Assembly: GCA_965227775.1 (NCBI GenBank)
Contig: OZ245777.1
Coordinates: forward strand, 2,816,001-2,880,000
Length of the DNA stretch: 64,000 nt
From: Phycisphaerales bacterium
GTDB lineage: Bacteria; Planctomycetota; Phycisphaerae; Phycisphaerales; UBA1924
Direction: 5' to 3'
Below are positions 11,449-19,708 of the stretch, one piece after another. Position 1 is the first letter of the stretch. Every line of letters starts with the position of its first letter. A model generated the notes under the pieces. The model ran no database searches, was not told the DNA's origin, and saw only the letters and a list, made by a program, of their open reading frames with translations. The position numbers and the translations under genes were made by a program.

Positions 11449-12537
11449 ATGGCCAAACGCACCCGCAAAGCCGCAACCCGTGAGCCAGACCCGCTGCCCG
11501 AGCGGGCGGTGGCCGCCGGCTCGCTCGACGACGTGCTGGGGCAGGACGAGGCCGTCGCCTTCCTACGCAAGACGCTCGCCGCCGGCCGCGTGCCGCACGC
11601 GTGGATGTTCCAAGGGCCGCCAGGCGTGGGCAAGCGCACGCTCGCGTTGGCATTCGCTGCCGCCCTGTTGACGCCAGAGACTGGCTCGCAGCGCGAGGAG
11701 GCACAGGACCTCCTCCAGGGCGGTGCGCACCCAGACCTGACGCTGATCTCGAAGGAACTTGCAAGCTACAGCGAAGATGCCGAGCTGCGAAAGAAGAAGC
11801 AGCGCACCATCTCGATCGACGTGCTCAAGGAGTTCTTCGATCCCGCCGTCGCGCGAACCTCGTCCCTGCCCGGCGGGCTTGCGGCCAAGGTCAGCATCAT
11901 CGATGAGGCCCACCTGCTCGCGCGCGAGGGACAGAACCACCTGCTCAAGACGCTCGAAGAGCCTCCGCCGCGCACGATCATCATCCTCGTCGCCGACCGC
12001 CCCCACGACCTGCTGCCCACGATTCATAGTCGCTGCCAGCGGTTGCGTTTGGGACCAGTCCCACCGAAGGCCATGGAAGCATGGCTGGAGCGGCGAAACG
12101 CCATCGGCGACTTTGAACGCTCCGCGGTTCTCCGGCTTGCCGACGGTTCACCGGGCATGGCCGAGCTTATGTTGAACACGGGCGTGACTGAGTGGCCAGA
12201 GCGGCTCGACGGCCTGGCCCAAGAAGCCGTAGATGGCCACGACGACGGCTCACTCGCCGATGCCTGCGCGAAGCTCGCCTCCGAGTGGTCAGAGGCCTGG
12301 GTGAAGGCCCACCCCGCCGTCAGCAAGGACGCTGCCAACCGCACCGCGCACGGCCTGGCGCTCAGCGTCATCGCCACATGGGCACGCAAGAAGCTTCGCA
12401 ACAACGAGCTTGGCCCCGAAGCACTCGAGGCCATCGCCGCCTGCTCGAGACTGCTTGCCCGAGACGTTCAACCCAAGTTTGCGTACGAAGTACTCGCCGA
12501 GCGGCTCGGCGAGTCGGCCGCTATGCCTGCACGCTGA
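11449..12537 (+). CDS. holB: DNA polymerase III delta' subunit
   Basis: [44 protein letters not shown]. Confidence 0.88.
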   Translation: MAKRTRKAATREPDPLPERAVAAGSLDDVLGQDEAVAFLRKTLAAGRVPHAWMFQGPPGVGKRTLALAFAAALLTPETGSQREEAQDLLQGGAHPDLTLISKELASYSEDAELRKKKQRTISIDVLKEFFDPAVARTSSLPGGLAAKVSIIDEAHLLAREGQNHLLKTLEEPPPRTIIILVADRPHDLLPTIHSRCQRLRLGPVPPKAMEAWLERRNAIGDFERSAVLRLADGSPGMAELMLNTGVTEWPERLDGLAQEAVDGHDDGSLADACAKLASEWSEAWVKAHPAVSKDAANRTAHGLALSVIATWARKKLRNNELGPEALEAIAACSRLLARDVQPKFAYEVLAERLGESAAMPAR

Positions 12538-12997
12538 GCGACGATGGACGAGACTCCACGCTCGACGACGAGGTCGGTGCCTGCGTTGTGGACTTCGCGC
12601 CTTCCTCGCTTGCCGTCTTATCCTGCTTCACGCGATCTATCGCCAGCTTCCAGGTTTCGCGTTCGAACTCGAGCAGCTCAATCACGCTCTGCACGCGACC
12701 CGGGTCCTTCTCCATGCTCGCTTGCGTCAGCTCGCCAAACATGAACATGAACAGGCTCGTGACGCGGTCGCACAGGTCCGGATCGACTTGGCGATCGACC
12801 CCCACTGCCAGCTCGGTGATGATCGCCCGGCATTGGCTGATACCCTCGAAGCTCTGCTCGTAGTTCTTGTCGATGAGGCCCTGCCTGCCCTGGTGGGCGA
12901 AGCGGATGGCTCCATCGAGCAGCAGCAGACGCAGCTCGGCGGGCGAGGCGCTCATCACCTGAGAACGCAGATACGACATGGCCGTTTCGGGTGGCAT
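12521..12997 (-). CDS. fliS: Flagellar export chaperone FliS
   Basis: YLRSQVMSASPAELRLLLLDGAI...IITEL...ETW; directly downstream of fliD. Confidence 0.9.
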   Translation of the reverse strand: MPPETAMSYLRSQVMSASPAELRLLLLDGAIRFAHQGRQGLIDKNYEQSFEGISQCRAIITELAVGVDRQVDPDLCDRVTSLFMFMFGELTQASMEKDPGRVQSVIELLEFERETWKLAIDRVKQDKTASEEGAKSTTQAPTSSSSVESRPSSLSVQA

Positions 12998-13044
12998 GAC
13001 TCTCCAATCGACTCGGAACCGCCGCCGGTTCAGTCGAAATAGCG

Positions 13045-15885
13045 TTATCCGGTCAAGGAAGACAGAGCCGCCTGCTGGGCCTGGAAGTTGCTGATGATCG
13101 TCTCCAGCGAAGCAAACTCTCGCTCCAGCTGTGTTTGCTTGTTGGCCAGCCTCAGGTCGAAGAACTCGATGCGATCTTCCTGCAGCCGAACCTGGTTGTC
13201 CAGGGCCCGCCCGCGTGCCGTCAGCACGCCGTCAACCGAGTCGATGTAGGTGCGGCTGAGCTCCTCGATCCGGGCGAACACGCCCAGGGATGAAAACGTC
13301 TCGCGAGCGGTGGGATCGGTGACGGTGACGCCCTCGCTCAGGGTCCGTGTGCCGGCCGACTGATCGATGTCTCTTTTGATTAGCAGATCTTCGACGGCCT
13401 GCGGATCGGTCTCGATCGCTTCCTGGAGAAGCTCCTTGTCGAGTTCCAGGCGGCCGCCCTCACCCACGGTGATGCCCACCTGGCTCAGATTGGTGTAGCG
13501 GCCCGAAACATTGAGCGGGCTGCCCAAGATCGTGCTCATCATCGCATTCTTGAGGTTCAAGAGCGTGCTGTCGCCGAGCAACGGGCCGCGGGCCTCAGTC
13601 TCCTCGTCGAAGCGGCTCTGGAAGTCGATGCGGTCGAGCGTCTCGTTGAAAGCGCTCACGAAACCTTCGATCGTGCCTTCCAGTTCGGTTCGATCCGACG
13701 ACACGTTGATCGTGACGGCTTCCTCGCTGGCCGACTGCAGGTTCAGGGTGATGCCCTCGAAGACATCCGTCACCGTGTTGGACGAGCTAGTGAACAGCAC
13801 GGCCTTGGCCGGGTCGGTCGATCCGAAGAACGCCTTGGCGTCCTGACCCTCTTGCAACTGGGTCAGGCCGAGATCGAATCCGCCCGTGTCGATGAGCGTG
13901 CGCCCCGCAACCCCGGCGTCCCGACCAGTGAAGCTCAGCCGGAACGGGTTGGCGCCAACACCCTCGTTCACGATCGATGCCGTAACACCAACACCGGCTT
14001 CGTTGATCTTGCGCATCACATCGCGCAGCGAATCGTCGGCCTCAAATTCAACTCGAGTCTCGTAGCTGCCCACGATGCGATTGTCGCCCACGTCCTCAGC
14101 CTCGCCATCAATGCGAAGGGACGAAGCGACCAGCCCCGATACGTCCTCGATCAGCAGCTTCGTCGCTCCGCCGGCCGCGTCCTCGACGACGAATCCATCG
14201 CCGTTGTCGTTGATGCGAATCGAGACGTCGTCGCCCTCGATCGCGGAGTTCACCGCCCCAATCAGGTCCGACACCGTTCGCACATCGCTATCGATCTCGA
14301 TCTCGGTCGCCTTGCCTGTCGAGTCGATGACGCGGAACGTGCCCGTACCGATGCCGTCGCCGTTGTTGAGGTCCTCAACCAGCGTGTTCAGGCCGATGTA
14401 CTGTCGCTGGATGCGTTCGCCGGTGAACACGTCGTCGGCCACACCCGTGGTGCCCGTGCTGATGCCCAGCGCCACCGCGGTGTCGTTCACGCCGCCCGAT
14501 CCAACGATCGACAGGTTGCCCGTGCCACCCGAGACGTCGGTGAAGGTCAGGCCGGTGCCCATTTCATCGAGTCCGACAGTGATCTTGCTCGAGTCTATCT
14601 GATCGCTCAATTGCGACAGAAGGCCGTTGACATCGGTGTCGAAGTCGGTGATCGTGACGTTGAAAACGGTGCCGTCGCGGGAGCGGACCTGCAGCACGCC
14701 GTCGCCCAGGTCCGCAGCATCTCCACGCAGGCCCGACAGCAGCGTGCTGTTCATGCCCGCAAGAACCTGCGCCCCCTGCACCGAGCCAATGGTCGTGCCC
14801 TCAGAGAAGCCAAGGTCTGCCATCGCGCTGCCGAGCAGGCCGGTGCCATCGGCGACCTCGATCGTGTTGGTGCCAACTGAATCAAACAGCTCGAGCCCGT
14901 CGCCGTCGGCGTTGATCCGAGCTTCCACACCTGAACCGTCGAGTTGGTCGTTGATTCTGGTGAGCACATCACCCACCGTCACGGCCTTGCCCTCGATCAA
15001 CTCGCCCTCAGTGTCGTAGATCTCGCCGAGGCGGATCGAGGCAACGGTCGTACCGACCGTGATGGTGAAGTCTGCCGTCTGACCAATGATCTCGTTGGCG
15101 AACACGCCACGGCCATCGTTGAGCACGGACAGCGCTGTCGACTCGGAAAGCGCGAACACGCCCGCACCCACGAACTCGTCGCCCGATACCGTGCCGCCTG
15201 TCGTCAGGCCCAGTGATTCGGCGACTTCGGCCGATCCCGAGTTGGTCACAGTGATGTCGCTGCCATCGCCCGAGCCGGCCGTCAGCACGAAGCTGCCGCC
15301 GCGCACCGAAGCAGTCACGTCCAGATCCGCCGCGTTGATCGCGTCGATGACCTCGTTCACCGTGGCGACCTTCGAGAGATCGATCTCGGCCGAAGTCGTC
15401 CCATCATCGATGCGGATCTTGCCGCGGGTGATGCCGTTGCCGCCGTTCAGGTCTGCCAGAGCCGTTTCGGTGTCAAGCCGAGCCTCAGCGCCCTCGAATG
15501 TGAATGCGTCGGCCCCCACCGGCACGTCGTCTGCCGAAGAGAATCCGCGCGTGAGCCACGACTCGGTGCTCACGAGGCGATCAACCAGGAAGGTGTACGA
15601 GCCCACCGCGGCTCCGGCGGATGCCGTGGCGGTCAAGATCGATTCGTCGCTGCTGGTGGCCTTCTTGGCGTCGAACACAGGCTGCGTGCGCAAGCCGCTC
15701 ACGAGGCTGCGCAGGTTCTGCAGGCGCGAGTTGATATCGAGGTAGGCAGATTGCTGCACCTTAATGGTGCTCAGCCGCTGCTGGGCCAGAATCCTGGGGC
15801 GGGCCTCAAGAGAAAGAAGCTGCTGAATGATGGAGGCCGTATCCAGACCGCTGGCCAGCCCAATGCCCGACGTGATGCCACCCAT
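13045..15885 (-). CDS. fliD: Flagellar filament cap protein FliD (long form, about 946 aa)
   Basis: N-terminal GLASGLDTASIIQQLL; C-terminal SSSNTVTDVFEGITLNL, GPLLGDS, LEREFASLETIISNFQAQ; AAGGAGG SD before ATG 15885. Confidence 0.92.
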   Translation of the reverse strand: MGGITSGIGLASGLDTASIIQQLLSLEARPRILAQQRLSTIKVQQSAYLDINSRLQNLRSLVSGLRTQPVFDAKKATSSDESILTATASAGAAVGSYTFLVDRLVSTESWLTRGFSSADDVPVGADAFTFEGAEARLDTETALADLNGGNGITRGKIRIDDGTTSAEIDLSKVATVNEVIDAINAADLDVTASVRGGSFVLTAGSGDGSDITVTNSGSAEVAESLGLTTGGTVSGDEFVGAGVFALSESTALSVLNDGRGVFANEIIGQTADFTITVGTTVASIRLGEIYDTEGELIEGKAVTVGDVLTRINDQLDGSGVEARINADGDGLELFDSVGTNTIEVADGTGLLGSAMADLGFSEGTTIGSVQGAQVLAGMNSTLLSGLRGDAADLGDGVLQVRSRDGTVFNVTITDFDTDVNGLLSQLSDQIDSSKITVGLDEMGTGLTFTDVSGGTGNLSIVGSGGVNDTAVALGISTGTTGVADDVFTGERIQRQYIGLNTLVEDLNNGDGIGTGTFRVIDSTGKATEIEIDSDVRTVSDLIGAVNSAIEGDDVSIRINDNGDGFVVEDAAGGATKLLIEDVSGLVASSLRIDGEAEDVGDNRIVGSYETRVEFEADDSLRDVMRKINEAGVGVTASIVNEGVGANPFRLSFTGRDAGVAGRTLIDTGGFDLGLTQLQEGQDAKAFFGSTDPAKAVLFTSSSNTVTDVFEGITLNLQSASEEAVTINVSSDRTELEGTIEGFVSAFNETLDRIDFQSRFDEETEARGPLLGDSTLLNLKNAMMSTILGSPLNVSGRYTNLSQVGITVGEGGRLELDKELLQEAIETDPQAVEDLLIKRDIDQSAGTRTLSEGVTVTDPTARETFSSLGVFARIEELSRTYIDSVDGVLTARGRALDNQVRLQEDRIEFFDLRLANKQTQLEREFASLETIISNFQAQQAALSSLTG

Positions 15886-16031
15886 CGCAGACCTCCTTGC
15901 CCGCCGAGGGACCTTCCCCCCGCTGCCACCAACGGACCTATCGGCCCGAATAGAGGCTCGAATCGAATCCGATTCCCCCCACGGACCAATGCCAACGGGA
16001 TTGGCCGGCCGATCAAGCCGATAATGAAACT

Positions 16032-16658
16032 GTGACACGCAATCCCAAGGCCAATCTGGTGCAGGTCGGGGTTGGAGCCCTGCTTGCGTTATCGGCCCTC
16101 CTCGGGCTGATCCTCGCCTCCTTCTCGGTCGACAGCCTTGTGTGGCCCATGCTGCTCTTCGAGCCGGTCATCCTGGGTTGTGGCATCGCTCTGGTACTGG
16201 CGGGCTTGGGCTACCAGCGAGCCGGCCTGCCGATGGCATTGGCCACAATCGCCGGCTGCACTGCGGTGGCCGGCTTCCTCAGCACCGTGGCCGGCCGCAA
16301 CACACTCGGCTCGACGCTGCTCGTACCAATGCTCGGCGGCCGGCTGCTCATCGCGGCAGCCCTGGGCCTCTGGGCAGTGGTGCTCGTGCTGGGGCCGCGC
16401 GCAGCGGCTTGGAAACGGTTCGCCCTTGGAGGTTTGCTGCTGGGAGCCGGGGCAGCGTTGGCGTCGCTCGCGTTTATCGGGCCTGCCAAGCCACTTCGGG
16501 AATCCCTGGTCGCTGCCGGGGGTTTTGTTTCCAGTGCGGCGGCCCTGGTGCTGTTCGTCGTGTTCGTGGTGCTGGTCGCCGCGGGCGTACACCTGATCGT
16601 CCGGCCGTTTGAGATGGCCCTGGACGCCAAGAAGGCCGAGAAGGCCCCCGCTTCGTAG
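16032..16658 (+). CDS. Hypothetical multi-pass membrane protein
   Basis: About 6 hydrophobic helices; fills the gap between fliD and the DUF4230-like gene. Confidence 0.65.
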   Translation: MTRNPKANLVQVGVGALLALSALLGLILASFSVDSLVWPMLLFEPVILGCGIALVLAGLGYQRAGLPMALATIAGCTAVAGFLSTVAGRNTLGSTLLVPMLGGRLLIAAALGLWAVVLVLGPRAAAWKRFALGGLLLGAGAALASLAFIGPAKPLRESLVAAGGFVSSAAALVLFVVFVVLVAAGVHLIVRPFEMALDAKKAEKAPAS

Positions 16659-16713
16659 TGCGGATCGGGGGCGCTCGACGCAACCGTTCGATCGCCGATC
16701 CCAAGGAACCATC

Positions 16714-17415
16714 ATGGGAATCCTCGAAATCCTCGGCCTCGTCGTTGTGACCTTTGTCGCGGGCGGTCTGCTTGCGGCCGCGATCTTGATCATCTGGCGC
16801 CATCGCGCGAGCCGCCGTCGCAGCGAAGCCGAGCCGCCGAAGGTCGACCAGACCATCGTGCTCGCCGAGCGTGTGCGCTCCGTTGGGCGCCTTGTGGGGC
16901 TGGAGGTCATGGTGAAAGAGATCGCCACCGCCTCGCGCGGCTTCCAATGGATGCCCCCGCTGCTTCTCAGCCAGGCCAAGGTCGCGATGATCTTCCACTT
17001 TGAGAAGCAGTACTCGATCGATCTGACCCGGATCGAGCACACCGACATCGAGCAGATCGGCGCCAATCGCTACCGCGTCACGCTACCCGAGATCGACGGC
17101 GTGCTCCGCCTGTCGGACGTTACGCCGTACGACATCCAGCATGGTCGTGTGCTCGGCCTGTTCGACGTGATCCCGATGACTGCAGAGCGGCAGACCGAGC
17201 TCATGACCGCAGCGCAGCGCGATGCCGCCAAGCTGTACGAGAGCAAGGAGCCCAAGTATCTTGCCGAGGCGAAGCGCAGCGTCGCGCGTCACCTGTCCTC
17301 GTTGCTCGAACTCTTCGACGTCAAGGTCGAGGTCGTCTGGGCCGACGACGCCGAAGAGGCTGCTGAACCGCTGCTTGAGCCCGCAGCTGTGAGCGCAGCC
17401 GGCGCGAACGCGTAG
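16714..17415 (+). CDS. DUF4230-like membrane-anchored protein
   Basis: N-terminal TM; YSIDLTRI...RVTLPEI pattern and C-terminal VKVEV. Confidence 0.65.
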   Translation: MGILEILGLVVVTFVAGGLLAAAILIIWRHRASRRRSEAEPPKVDQTIVLAERVRSVGRLVGLEVMVKEIATASRGFQWMPPLLLSQAKVAMIFHFEKQYSIDLTRIEHTDIEQIGANRYRVTLPEIDGVLRLSDVTPYDIQHGRVLGLFDVIPMTAERQTELMTAAQRDAAKLYESKEPKYLAEAKRSVARHLSSLLELFDVKVEVVWADDAEEAAEPLLEPAAVSAAGANA

Positions 17416-18068
17416 CCGCACTCGGGGCACAGGCCTCGCTCGCGATCAACAGGGTACCCGCAGTGTGGGCACCGCCCGCGCCGCCATCGCCACAGGCGAC
17501 GCAGCCACACGGCCGAATACCACAGGCCGAGCCCCGTCAGCCCATAGATCAGAGTATTTGTGAGAAGTCCGGGTAGAAGCGGCAGAAGCGGAAACGCGTG
17601 CCGAGCGCTCCGCACCGTTGTGTAGTGCACGCCGGTATGGACGTCCTTTGGCCTCCGGCTGGTGTTGACGTCGGTCCGCCCCCACGTACACAAGAAGGGC
17701 CAACCTGCGGCGATGCCGCGCGTGTGCTGGCGGTTCTCGATCGCGCTGCGTTTGAGCCAGCTCGGCCTGGGGTCGCCAGTTCGCGTCGGCATCTGCCAGC
17801 TGGCAGTCTCGTTGAGCACGTCGGCAACGTGGGTCGGCATCGGGCTCGAGACCGTCATGAGGAAGTAGCCCGGTCGTTGGAGCGTGGTCACGCGGATGGT
17901 CTGATCACCCGGCAGATCGTGACGCGACGACACCCTCGGAGCGTTCTGCCCCCGATCCGGCAACAGCACGCACACAATCGATGAGACATACGCGCACGCA
18001 ACGCCCAGCACAACACAAACGAGCACCGGCAGCAGGATCGCCGGGCGATGCTCGCGCCCGCGCATCAC
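17289..18068 (-). CDS. Membrane protein with C-terminal zinc ribbon
   Basis: Two TMs flanking a loop, then RWRRGRCPHCGY...CPECGY; begins immediately after the purF stop. Confidence 0.7.
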   Translation of the reverse strand: MMRGREHRPAILLPVLVCVVLGVACAYVSSIVCVLLPDRGQNAPRVSSRHDLPGDQTIRVTTLQRPGYFLMTVSSPMPTHVADVLNETASWQMPTRTGDPRPSWLKRSAIENRQHTRGIAAGWPFLCTWGRTDVNTSRRPKDVHTGVHYTTVRSARHAFPLLPLLPGLLTNTLIYGLTGLGLWYSAVWLRRLWRWRRGRCPHCGYPVDRERGLCPECGYAFAPAALTAAGSSSGSAASSASSAQTTSTLTSKSSSNEDR

Positions 18069-19637
18069 CTAGCTCCCGAGCCCGTTCGTACCGGGCGCAG
18101 GCGCCATGTCGAACATCCGCTCCTGTTGCGGCTCCACGAACTGATCTGTCGTGGGATGCGTGACGTCGATGCGGTAGTCGCCGCTCCAGCATGCCGTGCA
18201 GTATCGCTCGGGCTCGTGCTTGGCGCAGCTCAGCAGGCCATCGAGCGAAAGGAAGTGCAGACTGTCAACGCCCAGGTATTCACGGATGTCCTCGACGCTG
18301 CGACCATTGGCGATGAGCTGGTCTCGGGTCGCAAAATCGACGCCGAAGTAGCACGGATGGCGGATTGGCGGGCAGCTGATGCGCAGGTGCACTTCAGCGG
18401 CTCCGGCCTCGTAGATCTGCCGCATCTTGAGCCGCGTGGTTGTACCGCGAACAACGGAATCATCGACCACGACGACCCGCTTGCCGCGCACGAGCTCGGC
18501 GATGACGTTGAGCTTCAGCCGCACCGCGATCTCGCGCTCGTGTTGCGTGGGCTTGATGAACGTGCGACCCACATACCGATTCGGCACGATGGCCTCGCGG
18601 TACGGGATGCCGCTGGCCCGGGCATAGCCATTCGCCGCGCTGCGGCCCGAGTCGGGCATCGGCATCACGTAGTCGGCGGGCGCGTCGCGTAGGACGGTGT
18701 CTTCCTTCCAGAGCGCCGCGCCCAGGTTCTCGCGAAACACCTGCACGTTCTGCCCGAACACGTCGCTCGCTGGGCTCGCAAAGTAGACGTGCTCGAACAC
18801 GCACAGTGCGGTCGGCGATGCCTCGGGCGCGAACCTGCGGCTGTGCACGCCGGCGTCGTCGAGCGTGACAATCTCGCCCGGCTCGACCTCACGCACGAGC
18901 TTCGCGCCGATGACGTCGAGAGCCACCGTCTCGCTTGCAACGACGGGCGACCCGTCTTCCATCTTGCCCAGTACGAGTGGCCGCCAGCCCCAGGGGTCGC
19001 GGGCCGCCTCGATCCTGTCCTCGAAGAGGATGACGAGCGAGTACGCCCCCTGCAACCGCCGGAGCGTCGCCGCGAGCGGGTCTGGCGTGCGCTGCTGTTG
19101 AGGGGCGGCCAGCAGATGGATGATCACCTCAGTATCGCTGGACGTGTGGAAGATGTGGCCGTTCTCGCCAAACGCGTGGCGCAGGGCGCTCCCGTTGACA
19201 AGGTTTCCGTTGTGAGCGACAGCGACTCGGCCCTGTGCGGTTGTTTGCACCAGTGGCTGGGCGTTCGTCGCAAGGCTGGCGCCCGTCGTGCTATATCGGT
19301 TGTGCCCGATCGCGGCGCGCGGGTTGGCGTCGGCCAGCGTTGCGAGCACCCGATTGGGGAAGACCTCGGGCACCAGGCCCATGCCCGTGTGGCCGGTGAT
19401 GCCACCCTCGCCGCTCACGGCGATACCCGCCGACTCCTGCCCGCGGTGCTGCAGGGCGTAGAGCGCGGTGTAAGCAGTATGGGCGGGCCGGGCGTTGCCG
19501 TGCGCCCCGGCCCAGATGCCGAACACAGCGCACTTCTCTTTCTTCTCCCAGTCATCCGGCTCTGAGAAGGGGCTGGTCGGCGCGTTGTTCAGGACCGGTA
19601 GCGGAAGGGAGCGAGCATCGGCGGCGTTCTGGGGCAT
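18069..19637 (-). CDS. purF: Amidophosphoribosyltransferase
   Basis: Propeptide then CAVFG, LQHRGQESAG, GHNRYST, VVVVDDSVVRGTT, Fe-S cysteines (CYFG, CTAC). Confidence 0.97.
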   Translation of the reverse strand: MPQNAADARSLPLPVLNNAPTSPFSEPDDWEKKEKCAVFGIWAGAHGNARPAHTAYTALYALQHRGQESAGIAVSGEGGITGHTGMGLVPEVFPNRVLATLADANPRAAIGHNRYSTTGASLATNAQPLVQTTAQGRVAVAHNGNLVNGSALRHAFGENGHIFHTSSDTEVIIHLLAAPQQQRTPDPLAATLRRLQGAYSLVILFEDRIEAARDPWGWRPLVLGKMEDGSPVVASETVALDVIGAKLVREVEPGEIVTLDDAGVHSRRFAPEASPTALCVFEHVYFASPASDVFGQNVQVFRENLGAALWKEDTVLRDAPADYVMPMPDSGRSAANGYARASGIPYREAIVPNRYVGRTFIKPTQHEREIAVRLKLNVIAELVRGKRVVVVDDSVVRGTTTRLKMRQIYEAGAAEVHLRISCPPIRHPCYFGVDFATRDQLIANGRSVEDIREYLGVDSLHFLSLDGLLSCAKHEPERYCTACWSGDYRIDVTHPTTDQFVEPQQERMFDMAPAPGTNGLGS

Positions 19638-19708
19638 GCGCGGTCCCGGGGGAGGTCAACGTGCGGCGGGCGAACGAACCGGAAGAGTCTAGCAGCGATG
19701 CGGCGGCG

